Positions 40,001 to 51,755 of a DNA stretch of 64,000 bases are shown one piece after another. Both the position numbers and the translations under genes were made by a program. The DNA is from Eledone cirrhosa (taxonomy: Eukaryota): assembly GCA_964016885.1 (NCBI GenBank), contig OZ024744.1:32054001-32118000 (forward strand), given 5' to 3'. Numbering within the stretch: the first letter of the stretch is position 1; each line of letters begins with the position of its first letter. Below the pieces are notes generated by a model. The model did not search any database, was not told where the DNA came from, and was given only the letters and a program-made list of their open reading frames with translations.

Positions 40001-42544
40001 GCGGACCGAGACGGACACGAGATAAACGATTCCAAGCGGATATGTGAGGCCTTTCGCCAGCACTTTGCTCGGTTGTTCGGGGAGAGTGCCGAGTCAGAGA
40101 GAGTAGCGGATTTCAGTCCCTACCTTGACGGCTTGCCGCGCATTACTAAGGTCGACGCTGAGCGCTGCGAAAGGCCGATTACTTCAGCCGAAATTCAGGA
40201 GGCCCTTGTCGGCCGCATGAGGCGCAAGTTACCCGGTTTGGTTGGCCTGTCTTACGAGCTTTACGTAAATATGCCAGACTTGTTCTCCGATCTCCCCGAA
40301 AAACTCTACTGCAACTGGCAGCAGAATGGGAGTATTTCCAGTTCTGTGAGCAGGGGAGTGGTGACGCTGATAAGGAAAGACGAGAACAAGAGGGATACAC
40401 TAGACAACTTCAGGCCCATAACTCTGCTCAACACAGAATTTAAGACTTTGGCCAAGGTGTTAGCAAAGAGATTGGCGCTTGTCGTCGAGGATTTGATTGG
40501 GGAGGCGCAAACTTGCGCAATCCCAGCCAGGTCCATACATGACAATCTCCACCTCATGCGATACATCATAGAGAGGTTAGGGTGTAAACCTGACTTCGGT
40601 GGGCACTGATCAATTTAGATCAATCGAGAGCATTCGATTGGGTCGACCATCGGTATCTGGAGTTTGTCCTCAAAGCAGCTGGCTTCGGCCCTGTCTTCAG
40701 AAGCTGGATCGCTGCAATGCACAGCGGCACACGCACGATGGTCAAGGTTAATGGCCACCTCTCGGAACCATTTCAGCACTCCCGATCGGTCCGTCAAGGG
40801 TGCCCTCACTGTTCCCTTCTGTACGTATTGACTCTCGAGCCTTTACTGCAGAAGCTGGAGCTGTTGCAGGGCATCTCGCTCGAACCGGGACGTGGAAAAG
40901 CGGTGCCGGCTTATGCGGACGACATCACCGTGATGGTGTCGGACAACTCAGAAATCGAGGTGGTCAGCACCTTATTGAAGGAATATGAAAGGTTGACAGG
41001 AGCCAAACTTAACCCGGAAAAATCGGTTGGCTTGTAGCTCGGAACCTGGAGAGGCAAGCCTAAGCCGTCCAACAGCGCCGGGGGGGGGGGGCTGGACGGA
41101 CCGGTAAAGTTGCTCGGGGTCTGGGTTCGGACTAGACCTCCAGGTGGAAAAGAATTGGGACGAAGTAACGAGCAGAGTAGCGAGTCCCACCCAAAAATGG
41201 GCTGGGAGGAAGCTATCACTGAAAGGTCGCGCGGAGGTGGCGAATGCGTACATCGCATCCGTCATCTACTACCTCCTGACCGTCGTGCCTTTCCCCCGTC
41301 CGCGCCTCGTCAAGTTGGAACGGCTCCTCTTCACATTCTTGTGGAGGGGACAAGTTCCGTTGGTGAGGCGGTCCATCTGCTGCCAGCACCCTCTACGCGG
41401 AGGGCTGGGCATGCTGTGGCTAATGATGCGCAGACATGCGCTGAGGCTACGACATCTACCTGATAATCTGCCTAAACGTTGAACAGGTGTGGCCGCCGTT
41501 TATCAGACGGGCCTTCCCGCAGCTCGTTTCTTTGACTGAGCTGCAGACCTGGGTCAAGAAGAGACTGAGACTGGGTGACTGGCACCTGGAATGTTGCCAG
41601 GCACTCACTGCCCTCTACCAGGCGTGCAATGCGATCAGTGGAATTTCCCCTCTCGAGTTCTAAAGCGGATTAGTGGTGGGCAAGTGCGATGACGCACTCG
41701 GAGAAACTTTGGGCCTCGACGAAGTCGGAATGACCAGTCTGTACTGGAGGACTTACGAGCCGGGGACGATAGACAATTTCCTGAAATTCCTCGCTTGGCA
41801 GTGCTACCGGGGGCACTGCCGGTTCGAGATAAACTCTACAGGCACGGAAGTGGTCAGACGGACCTGCCCAAAATGCGCACAGAACGACGAAACCGTTCTG
41901 CACGCACTTGTCCAATGTCTGTGCATTGCTGACTTGTGGAGTTATGTCGAACAGCTACTGTCGCGTGTGGAACGAATCCGGCTATCGGCCGAGTCCATAG
42001 TGAAGATCGATCTACCGTCTTCCTTAGGTCAGGAAGAGCAGGAAATTTTCCTCTGTCTGGTGGCAGTTGCGAAAGAGGTTATATGGTGGACCAGGTTGAA
42101 AGGACTAAAGACAGACACTTTTCTCTCCGGCCAATCCCTCATCAACTTCTTCAAGTTTCACCTGGAAAGGAAGGTGAGGGTGGAGAGAGAAGTGCTGCCC
42201 CCCAGTATTTGCTAAAAGGTGGGTGAATGGCTCGTGTGAATGGGCCTACTTTGACCATGTGCCTACAGGTTTGCTAACTTGAGGAGAGGGGAGCTCTACC
42301 TGGATGCCCTAGAAGCGCAGGGTGGTTCAGGATTTGTGGGGTACCTGAGTCACCCTTGGGTCGTCCACCCCTTATTGGGGAATTTATTTTGTTATATTTA
42401 TGCATAGTTTATTTTATATTTTTTATATCTTCATTGTTAAATTAGTCTTGCCATTGTGCACTTTTACTCGACCTTATTGTAAACCCACACTGTCTCTGTC
42501 TTTGTATTGTCCCTTACATGTCGGCCCTTGTGGCTAATAAATGA

Positions 42545-42546
<2 letters not shown>
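37091..42546 (+). mobile_element. Tx1/L1-type LINE copy A (5'-truncated in ORF1, multiple frameshifts)
   Basis: ORF1 pieces 37236-38773; ORF2 from 38804 MAILRVGSLNVRGL, GDWN, YIDRIF, SDH, NFRPITLLN, QGCP, YADD, C-terminal CPKC..ETVLH..C; (AAT)n tail. Confidence 0.95.
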
Positions 42547-42601
<55 letters not shown>

Positions 42602-42624
42602 TATTATTATTATTATTATTATGT

Positions 42625-42817
42625 GGCAGGGTGGTGAATTGGCAGTATCGGTAGAGAGTTGGACGACATGCTTTCTAGCATAGTTACATCCCTTTACAGT
42701 CTGAGTTCAAATTCCGCCGAGGTTAACTTTGCTTTTCATCCTTACGGGGTCGATAAAATAAAGTACCAGTAATGTACTGTGTAAGTGCTGGTCTTGTGCC
42801 TAAAGTAGAAACAATTA
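42625..42817 (+). mobile_element. tRNA-derived SINE, full length, next to the LINE tail
   Basis: Head GGTGGTGAATTGGCAG, B-box GAGTTCAAATTCC, conserved body and tail. Confidence 0.8.
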
Positions 42818-43306
42818 CCGCCCTGTGCCGTCTGTAATGTTTTTCTTGATGTCAGCCCTTGTGGCCAATAAAGAAATCATTATTATTAAAGTGATTATTA
42901 TTATTATTATATTATTATTAAAGTGATGCCCTGATTAACTTTTTCAAATTTCATTTGAAAAGGAAAATCAGGGTAGAGAGGGAAGTGCTCTCTTCCCAGC
43001 ATTTTGTTGAAAGATGGGTGGAGAGAGGCAAGAATGGCCTTTGAGTATGTGTCTGTAAATTAAAGGTGGAAAACTGGGAGAGGGCACTTGCCCTGTTGGT
43101 CAGGGTTACTGTGGCTTTTTAATGGGCTTTCTCCACGAATGTCCCTCGGAAGTCTCCCCCATACTGGGGCATTTTTCATTGTTATTTTTTTTTGTTACAT
43201 CCTCTGTTTTGTTTTTTACACGCAGAAATGCCCATTTGTACCGTCCTGTATTGTCCTGTACTGTCCTTAATGTCTACTTTATGTAAACCCTTGTGGTTAA
43301 TAAAGA

Positions 43307-43337
<31 letters not shown>
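42818..43337 (+). mobile_element. Two short 3'-end fragments of a second Tx1 subfamily, each with an (ATT)n tail
   Basis: 42818-42890 and 42927-43337 match the 3' end of the 49988-51505 copy. Confidence 0.8.
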
Positions 43338-43541
43338 GGTCTAATCGGACGTATTTTGCTCGCTCCCAGTAAGTCGCTTTATTTGCCTGTTAAAATTATT
43401 TGTTGTTAAATATTTCTTGTTGTGTAAGGGATATAAGCCCTTAGACTTTGCCCTGTGAAGGGGAAAGCATAATATTTGGGCCTTTTGGCCCAAATATTTG
43501 AACTTTTTTTACATGTAAAAAATTTACGGAGAAAAAAAAAC

Positions 43542-45543
43542 ATGGCTGAGCCACGCCCCCCCCCCCCCCCCCCCCCCGCGATATGACTGCTATCGTACGA
43601 CAACGACGTAGAGGTTGAGAGGAGCGCTACAGCGAAAATAACAGTCATTGATAACACAAGCACCACCACAAACAAGGTAAACAAAGACACCAATGATACC
43701 AATGAGAACTCTAATTTTGAAAAAAATGACAGTAACAGCGACAACGAAAATACAGATAACAAAAAAAAATGACAAATGCAACAACAATATCAACACTACT
43801 AACATGAAAACAAATAGCGACAACACCAACAGCAACAATAACAACTGCACCGAGAACAACGGTGGCAACAAAGACAACAATGATAACAGTGACAGTGCTA
43901 ACAACAACACTAACAAGAACAACGACAACAACACCCCCAACGAAAACAAGAAGAACACTTTCGCTGCCGCAGCAGCAAAAAAGAAGCCATGCTTCAACAT
44001 GGACTTCTCAAAGAAAGATGAAAAGTTGGCCCAGGCATGGAAGCTCATCAAGCAAGAGCAAACCTGGGCCAACTTAACTGTCCCGGTAGAAGCTATTGAG
44101 GCAGTGGAGCGCAGAACGGTACATTATAGATGCATCTCAGCACAAACCAAAAGGGCAGCTTTAATCCCACAATCAGATGTCGAAGTCGCGCTGAGGTGCA
44201 TCAGAGAAGACACCGAATACATAGAGAGGGGCAGACAGTACGGCACCATTTCGGTGTTGTTCAAGTCAGAAGCCCTCGCTATGAAACACGCTATGACTCC
44301 TTGCAAAACCAGTAAGGTCATAATGTACCCCTCCCACATGGGAAAAAGAACGGCCCGTCTCCGCATTCCCAGAATCCCACCAGGACTTGACATGTGGTGG
44401 CTTCTGGGATGTGTAATTGTGAGGGGACGGATACAGTCCCTATAGAAGTGACCAGAACGGCCAGAGAGGACTGGTCCGGGGTTGACTTGGAGATCCTTCT
44501 CCAGATCAGGCCCGAGAATGTGAAGACAATCCCGGACCACATCCGCCTTCAGAATGGGACGGTCATTCACGTTATGACCGAAGGCAAAATGCCGCAGTGT
44601 TTTGTTTGTGGGGAAAAAACCCATTTGCGAGCCTTCTGCCCTCAACTGCTGAAAGAGGCAAGGGGTCGAAAGGCTCCACTGCTGCCGACGCCGGGGCGAG
44701 GACCACAACCAATACCAGCACCGGCAAAACCACCAACAACAACACCAATAGAAAGACCACCACCAACATTGACCACCCAGAGGGGAAACGAGGAAAGCTG
44801 TCAAATTTCCCCTTCCTCCCAAAATACACACACCAATAAAACCATAAACATACACACAGACACACTTACAGACACAGACCCCTCATCTACCAGTAGTGAA
44901 GATGAGGGAAAACCAAAATCCCCTAAAATACAAAAAAGGAAACACAAAAAGAAAAAAAAACTCAACAAAGCACAAAATCACCCACAATAAAAACTCAAAC
45001 ACGACCCACGCAAACATCTCTCCAATAACACCAACATCAACACCAACATCAACACCACCATCACTATCACCAGAATCCCCCAAACGCAAACAACCTAAAC
45101 AGACGCAAGAACAAATATACACACAAACATCTGAAACCACAGACACCGCACTCACAACAAATACAGACACAACCGAAACAACACCACCAAAACCATCACC
45201 ACCACAACCACGCAAACAAATAAAATCACACCAACAAAACATACAAAACTTCGTGCTCGTCAGGAGGGCCAACAAGGAACTGATGGCCCTCGTAGCACGA
45301 AGTGAAAATATACAAAAAGAGGGGGAAATTTTTAAATCGAGCACATTTCGCGTGCCGGAAGATTTGGTTCTGGTGCGAATGTCGATCGATTTATTCAAAG
45401 AAATACGAGACAGCTTTCCTCGGGACGTGGGAACCCCGAACGTAAAACCCACTTCAAGACTTTTAAAGGGGTTCCCAAAAGAATCCCCACCAACTATGGA
45501 GGTCGAACAACCCGACCTTCACAAGAGCCCGGAAGGTAAGTAA
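43542..45543 (+). pseudogene. ORF1 (gag-like zinc-knuckle protein), broken by frameshifts and stops
   Basis: ATG at 43542; segments 43693..44445, 44394..44990 and 44896..45543; CFVCGEKTHLRAFC (CX2CX4HX4C); Asn/Thr-rich and Pro/Thr-rich low-complexity regions. Confidence 0.85.
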
Positions 45544-45574
45544 ACCTTCCTCTCTCTCTTTTTAACCTGCCAAC

Positions 45575-48500
45575 ATGGCCGTATTAAGAGTAGGATGTTT
45601 AAATGTTCGAGGCCTGGGATCGTCCTGGAAGCATGGTCACCTGCTCAACGACCTCAGGTCTATAGAAATGGATGTAATTGCCGTCAGCGAGACCAGGATT
45701 TCCGACACGCGCGCACTAGCCCTCCTTTTCGACGACTATCAGATTTTAGTATCTGTTAGCCGGCCGGGAATGGGAGGCGGGGTGGCAGTGCTGTTTAGGA
45801 AAGGCCTGGATCTCGAGGTAAGGTCGATCTTCCGGGACCCGGACGGGAATTGGTGGTCCTGGACGTGAACAATAACGAAGGTGTTGCCTTTAGACTGGTA
45901 GCCGTCTATGCTCCTTCTTTAGACGCCTGGGAGCCTTTCTGGGTACGTCTCCCCCTTTACTGTTAGCGGGGGACTGGAACGGCATCTTAGACGCACGCTG
46001 GGACTGTGTGGGAGTATCCGATAGGAGCGGGGGGGGTGCAAAAGCCTCAAGAACCTGATCAGCCAGTTCCAACTGTCTGACAGGTACCGACTAGATTTCC
46101 CTAATGCGCCAGTGTGGACCTGGGCTAACCGCATAGGGTCATCTAGATCGTATATAGACAGGATATTCATTAGGAAAATAGACAGAAATAGTGTAAGCTG
46201 TCCACGTTTTGAAACGGTCGCCTATTCAGATCACAAGTTTGTGATCTGTATGGTCGACCTAGATAAGACGTGGAAGCTAAACTAGTCATTTCCGGCACGT
46301 AAGGCTTACAGGGACCAGGTCAACAATTTAGTTAAGAAAAAGTTGACAGGGGAGTCGTCAACAATAGATGGTGGGGGGGGCTCTTAAAAGAGAGATTAGA
46401 GTAATGTCGATAGAGTTTAGCAAAGAAGTAGCATTAGAGAAAAATAGAAAGGAGGGAGAGTTGGTAGATAAGTTAGACGAGGCTATTGGTAGTGGCATTG
46501 CAACTGATGTGCTAGCGGCGAGAATGGCATTAGACCATTTCTTCAATGCGAAACACGAAGGTTGCATTGTCAGAGCTAAGGCGCGTGCTCTGAGAAACGA
46601 GGGTACCAAAGCTGTTCGATGGGCCCGCGTGGCAGAGGCGCAGCGTGGTAATAAAACCACGATTCGGTCTTTGACGGACCGAGACGGGCTCAAGCTGAGC
46701 GATTCCAAGAGGATGTGTGAGGCCTTTCGCTAACATTTTGCTCGATTGTTCGGGGGAAGTGGCGGGTCAGAGATGGTGGCGGACTTCAGTCCCTACCTCG
46801 ATGGCTTGCCGCAACTATCGACGGCTGACACTGGGCGTTGCGAAAGGCCAATTACTTCAGCCGAGATTCAGGATGCCCTTGTAGGCTGCATGAGGCACAA
46901 GTCACCCGGTTTGGATGGTCTGCCCTACGAGCTTTACGTAAATATGCCAGACTTGTTCTCCAATCTCCTCGAAGCCCTCTACTGCAACTGGCAGCAAAAC
47001 GGGAGTATTCCCAGTTCTGTGAGCCGGGGCGTAGTGACGCTGATAAGGAAAGACGAGAACAAGAGGGACACATTAGACAATTTCAGACCCATAACTCTGC
47101 TCAACACAGAGTTTAAAATTTTGGCCAGGCTGTTAGCGAAGAGGTTGGCGCTTGTCGTCGGGGATTTGGTTGGGGAGGCGCAAACTTGCGCAATCCCAAC
47201 CAGGTCGATACACGACAACCTCCACCTAATGCGATGCATCTTAGAGAGGGTAGGGTGTAAACCTGGCTTCGGTGGGGCTCTGATCAATTTAGATCAATCG
47301 AAAGCATTCGATAGGGTCGACTATCGGTACCTGGAGGCTGTCCTCAAGGCGGCTGGCTTCGGCCCCGTCTTCAGAAGCTGGATCTCTGCAATGCACAGCG
47401 GCACCTGCTCGATGGTCAAAATTAATGGCCACCTCTCGGAACCGTTTCAGCTCTCCCGATCGGTTCGTCAAGGGTGCCCTCTCTCCTCCCTTCTGTACGT
47501 ATTGACTCTCGAGCCTTTACTGCGGAAGCTGGAGCTGTTGCAGGGCATCCCGCTTGAACCGGGACGCGGAAAGGCTGTGTCGGCTTATGCGGACGACATC
47601 ACCGTGATGGTGTCGGACACCTCAGAAATCAAATTGGTCGGCAACTTATTGGAGGAATATGAAAGGTTGACGGGAGCAAAACTTAACCCGGAAAAGTCAG
47701 TAGGCTTGCAACTCGGCATCTGGAGAGGCAAGTCCATGCCGTCCAACAGCATCGTTAGGCGCTGGACGGACGGACCGGTAAAGTTGCTAGGGGTTTGGTT
47801 CGGGCCAGACCTCCAGGTGGATAAGAACTGGGACGAGGTGACGGGCAGGGTAGTCAGTCTCACCCAGAAATGGGCTGGGATGAAGCTATCACTGAAAGGT
47901 CGGGCGGAGGTGGCGAACGCGTACATCGCGTCCGTCATGTACTACCGTCTGACTGTCGTCCCTTGCGCCCGTTCGCGCCTCGCCATCTTGGAGCGGCTCC
48001 TCTTCAAATTCTTGTAGAGGGGTTAGGTTCCGCTTGTGAGGCGGTCCATCTGCTGCCAGCACCCTCTACGTGGAGGGCTGGGCATGCCGTGGCTAATGAT
48101 GCGCAGGCACGCGCTGAGGCTGCGGCATCTTCAGATGTTCTGCCTAAACGGTAAACAGGTGTGGTCGCCGTTTGTCAGACGGGCCTTTCCGCAGCTGGTT
48201 TCTTTGACTGAGTTGTAGTCCTGGGTCAAGAAGAGACCGAGACTGGGTGACTGGCATCTGGAATGTTGCCAGGCACTCACTGCCCTCTACCAGGCGGGCA
48301 ATGCCGTCAGCGGAACTTCCACTCTCGAGTTCTATAGAGGATTAGTGGTGGGCAAGTGCGACGATGCACTCGGAGAGGCTCTGGGAGTCAACGAAGTCGA
48401 ACTAACCAGTCTGTACCGGAGGACTTTCGAGCCGGGGACGATGGATAATTTCCAAAAATCCCTCGCTTGGCAGTGCTACCGGGGGCACTGCCGGTTCGAG

Positions 48501-48939
48501 ATAAACTCTACAGGCACGGAAGTGCTGTCAGACGGACCTGCCGAGATGCGCGCAGAGCGACGAAACCGTTCTGCACTCACTCGTCCAGTGTCCGTGCATT
48601 ACTGACTTGTGGAGTTATGTTGAACAGCTGTTGTCGCGTGTAGAACGGATGCGGCTATCGGCCGAGTCCATAGTGAAGATCGACCCAACGCCTTCTTTTG
48701 GCCTGGAAGGGCAGGCAATTTTCCTCTGTCTGGTGGCAGTAGCGAAAGAGGTTGTATGGTGGACGAGGTTGAAAGGACTGAAGACAGACACTTTTCTCTT
48801 CGGCCAATCCCTCATCAACTTTTTCAAGTTTCACTTGGAAAGGAAGGTGAGGGTGGAGAGAGAAGTGCTGCGCCCCAGTACATTTGCTAAAAGGTGGGAA
48901 AATGTGGCGAGAATGGCCCGTGGAGTGGGCCTACTCTAG
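45575..48939 (+). pseudogene. ORF2: AP endonuclease + reverse transcriptase + C-terminal zinc-binding motif, disrupted
   Basis: NVRGL, SETR, GDWN, SDH; 423-aa RT block 46746..48017 with KSPGLDG, FRPITLLN, LDQSKAFDRV, VRQGCPLS, AYADD, LGVWF; GGLG; CPRC..ETVLH..C. Confidence 0.95.
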
Positions 48940-49536
48940 TCATGCGGCTGTAGGTAGGTAAATTTGAAGAGGAGAGGGGTGCCCTTCCAAGGTGCTCTCG
49001 AAGCGTCGGGTCGTTCAGGACTGGTGGGGTACCTGAGCGAACCCTAGGTGGTCATCCCCCCTATTGGGGAATTTTTTTCTTGTTGTAATTTTCTTGTTAC
49101 TTTACTGTTACTTTGTTATTGTTACTTTGTTTATTCATATTGTTTACTCGATTTTTCTGTAAAACCCCACTGTCCCAGTCTTTTGTATTGTCCCCTATAT
49201 GTCGGCCCTTGTGGCCAATAAATGAAATCATTATTATTATTATTGTTGTTGTTGTTGTTGTTTTTTTCTTTTCTTTCAGTATTGTTTCTGTTATATGCCG
49301 AGTATCTTCCTAACACCTAGAGGAAATAAATTCAATGTATACGTTGGTAAGTCAGATAACACACCTTATTGATTATAATATATATGAATTATTTCTGTAG
49401 GAAAGGTAAAGGAAAAGAGAGTGCTCTGTTTATGTTTGGGATATTTATTTATATATTTTTTTACTGTTATTTCACCCTCACTCTCATTTATCCTAAATTC
49501 TGTTTTCAAATCCATATTAAATAAATATTTCATATT

Positions 49537-49600
49537 ATTCTTTCTGATGAATGAAGACAGACATAAATATCTGTCTTCAAGAAACCACTGGTAAATGAAT
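49537..49600 (+). ncRNA. Hammerhead ribozyme
   Basis: ATTCTTT-CTGATGA-aTGAAGACAGA cataaata TCTGTCTTCAa-GAA ACCA c TGGT-A-AATGAAT. Confidence 0.8.
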
Positions 49601-49635
49601 TAATTATCTTATGTTGTTTATTACATAACTATATA

Positions 49636-49687
<52 letters not shown>

Positions 49688-49864
49688 TTTACACATACAC
49701 ACACATACATATATACACACACATATACACGTATATATACATACACATATATACACACATACATATATACACACACATATACATACACACATATATACAC
49801 ATACACACATATACATATATACACACACACATATATATATATATATACAGATACACACAAACAT

Positions 49865-49903
<39 letters not shown>

Positions 49904-49987
49904 CATACACGCAGGTACAAATACATACCCATATATACACATACATACACATACATATACATATATATATAAATAAAAGATCTCCAT

Positions 49988-51505
49988 GCACGCAAAGGAA
50001 AATTCGGTGGGCTTGCAGCTCAGCATCTGGAGAGGCAAGACCATGCCGTCTGACAGCGTCGTAGGGTGCTGGATGGAAGGGCTGGTTAAATTGATCGGGG
50101 TTTGGTTCGGTCCGGACCCCAGATAGAGAAAAACTGGAGCGAGGTGACGAACAGAGTGGCCTCTCTCACCCAGAATTGGGCCGAGAAGAAGCTGTCTCTG
50201 AGAGGTAGGGTGGAGGTGGCGAATGCGTTCATCGCATCCGTCATCTGTTACCGCCTCACCGTCGTACCTTCCCCCGCCCGACTCTGAACAAAATGCAGCG
50301 CCTCCTCTTCCCCTTTTTGTGGAAGGGACGTGCTCCCATTTTCAAACGATCCAAATGCTGTCAGCACTCTTTGCGTGGGGGACGGGGCATGACGTGACTA
50401 ATGATGCGCAAAAATGTGCTGAGGCTGCGATATCTCTGGTGCTTCCTTGACGGTGTTTTTCCCCTGCTCTTCTCATTAACGAAGCTGCTCTCCTGGATCA
50501 GGAAAAGACCGAGGGATAGTGCTTGGAAGCTGGAATATCTCCAAGCGCTCACAGCTTTCTAACAGCTTGGCACTAGTATCGGTGTAATATCTACCATCTA
50601 CCTCTATAGAGAACTAGTGGAGGGGAAGTGCGACGACACTCTCGGGGAGACCCTGGGCGCCGAAGACGATCAGCTGTTCGCTCTCAAGAGAACTTTCAGC
50701 CCGGGGCCTATGGACAACTTCCAGAAATCCCTGGCCTGGCAGTGCCGGTTCGAGATAAACTCTACAGGGACGGAAGTGACATCAGCCGAATCTGTGCGAG
50801 ATGCGCGCAGGGAGACGAAACCGTTGTGCACGCACTCGTTCATTGCCCGAGGATTGCTGACTTGTGGAGCTATGTCGAACAGTTGCTGTCGCGTGTAGGA
50901 CGGATCCGGTTATCGACTGAGTCTATTGTGCAGATAGACCCGCCATCCTCCTTTAAGGAGGAGGAAGGGCAGGCAGTTTGAATCTGCCTGGTGGCCATGG
51001 CGAAAGAGATTGTGTGGTGGACAATGTTCAAAGGGTTGAAGACGGACACTTTCCTCTCCGGCCAATCCCTGATTAACTTTTTCAAGTTTCACTTGAGGAG
51101 GAAAATCAGGGTGGAGAGGCAAGTGCTGTCTTCTAGTAAGTTTGTTGAAAGGTGGGTGAATGTAGCGAGAATGGTCCGAGTGAACGGGCCCGCTCTGCAT
51201 ATACGCCTGTAGACTGAGGAGTGGGAAAAGTGAGAGAGGGCGCTTGCTCTGGAGGTCAGGGTGGCCGTGGTCTTTTGTGTGGTTTTCGCCACGAGTGACT
51301 CTCAAAAGTTTCTCCCTATTGGGGAATTTTTGTTGTTTGAATCTTTTAACTTGTTTTTACAAATTTCTATCTTCTTGTTATAACTTTTTTACATGGCCCA
51401 AACCCACTTTGTATCGTCCTGTACCGTCTGTTCTGTGCCGTCTCTAATGTTTTTCTTCATGTTAGCCCTTGTGGCCTATAAAGAAACCATTATTATTATT
51501 ATTAT
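49988..51505 (+). mobile_element. Tx1/L1-type LINE 3' fragment (second subfamily)
   Basis: LPVRDKLY-like motif, CARC..ETVVH..C, INFFKFHL; distinct 3'UTR; ATT tail. Confidence 0.9.
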
Positions 51506-51555
51506 TTGGCTACAGTGTCAGACACCATGCTTTGCAGCATAGGATTTATGGCCCT

Positions 51556-51745
51556 GGATTGACAGTATCAGTAGAGGGTCGGACACCATGCTCTGACGCA
51601 AAGAGTTACGGCCCTTTCCATTCTGAGTTCAAATCCCGCCGAGGTTAACTTTGCCTTTCATCCTTACGGAGTAGATAAATTAAAGTACCAGTAATACACT
51701 GGGTATTTGCTGGTCTTGTGCCAAATGTAGAAACATTTATAATTA
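51556..51745 (+). mobile_element. tRNA-derived SINE
   Basis: Conserved B-box, body and tail. Confidence 0.8.
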
Positions 51746-51755
51746 TTATCTTTAT

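Larger units (their letters stand above)
43338..49243 (+). mobile_element. Tx1/L1-type LINE copy B, near full length (5'UTR, ORF1, ORF2, 3'UTR, ATT tail)
   Basis: Begins directly after (ATT)n; complete domain order; ends CCCTTGTGGCCAATAAATGAAATCATTATT. Confidence 0.95.
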
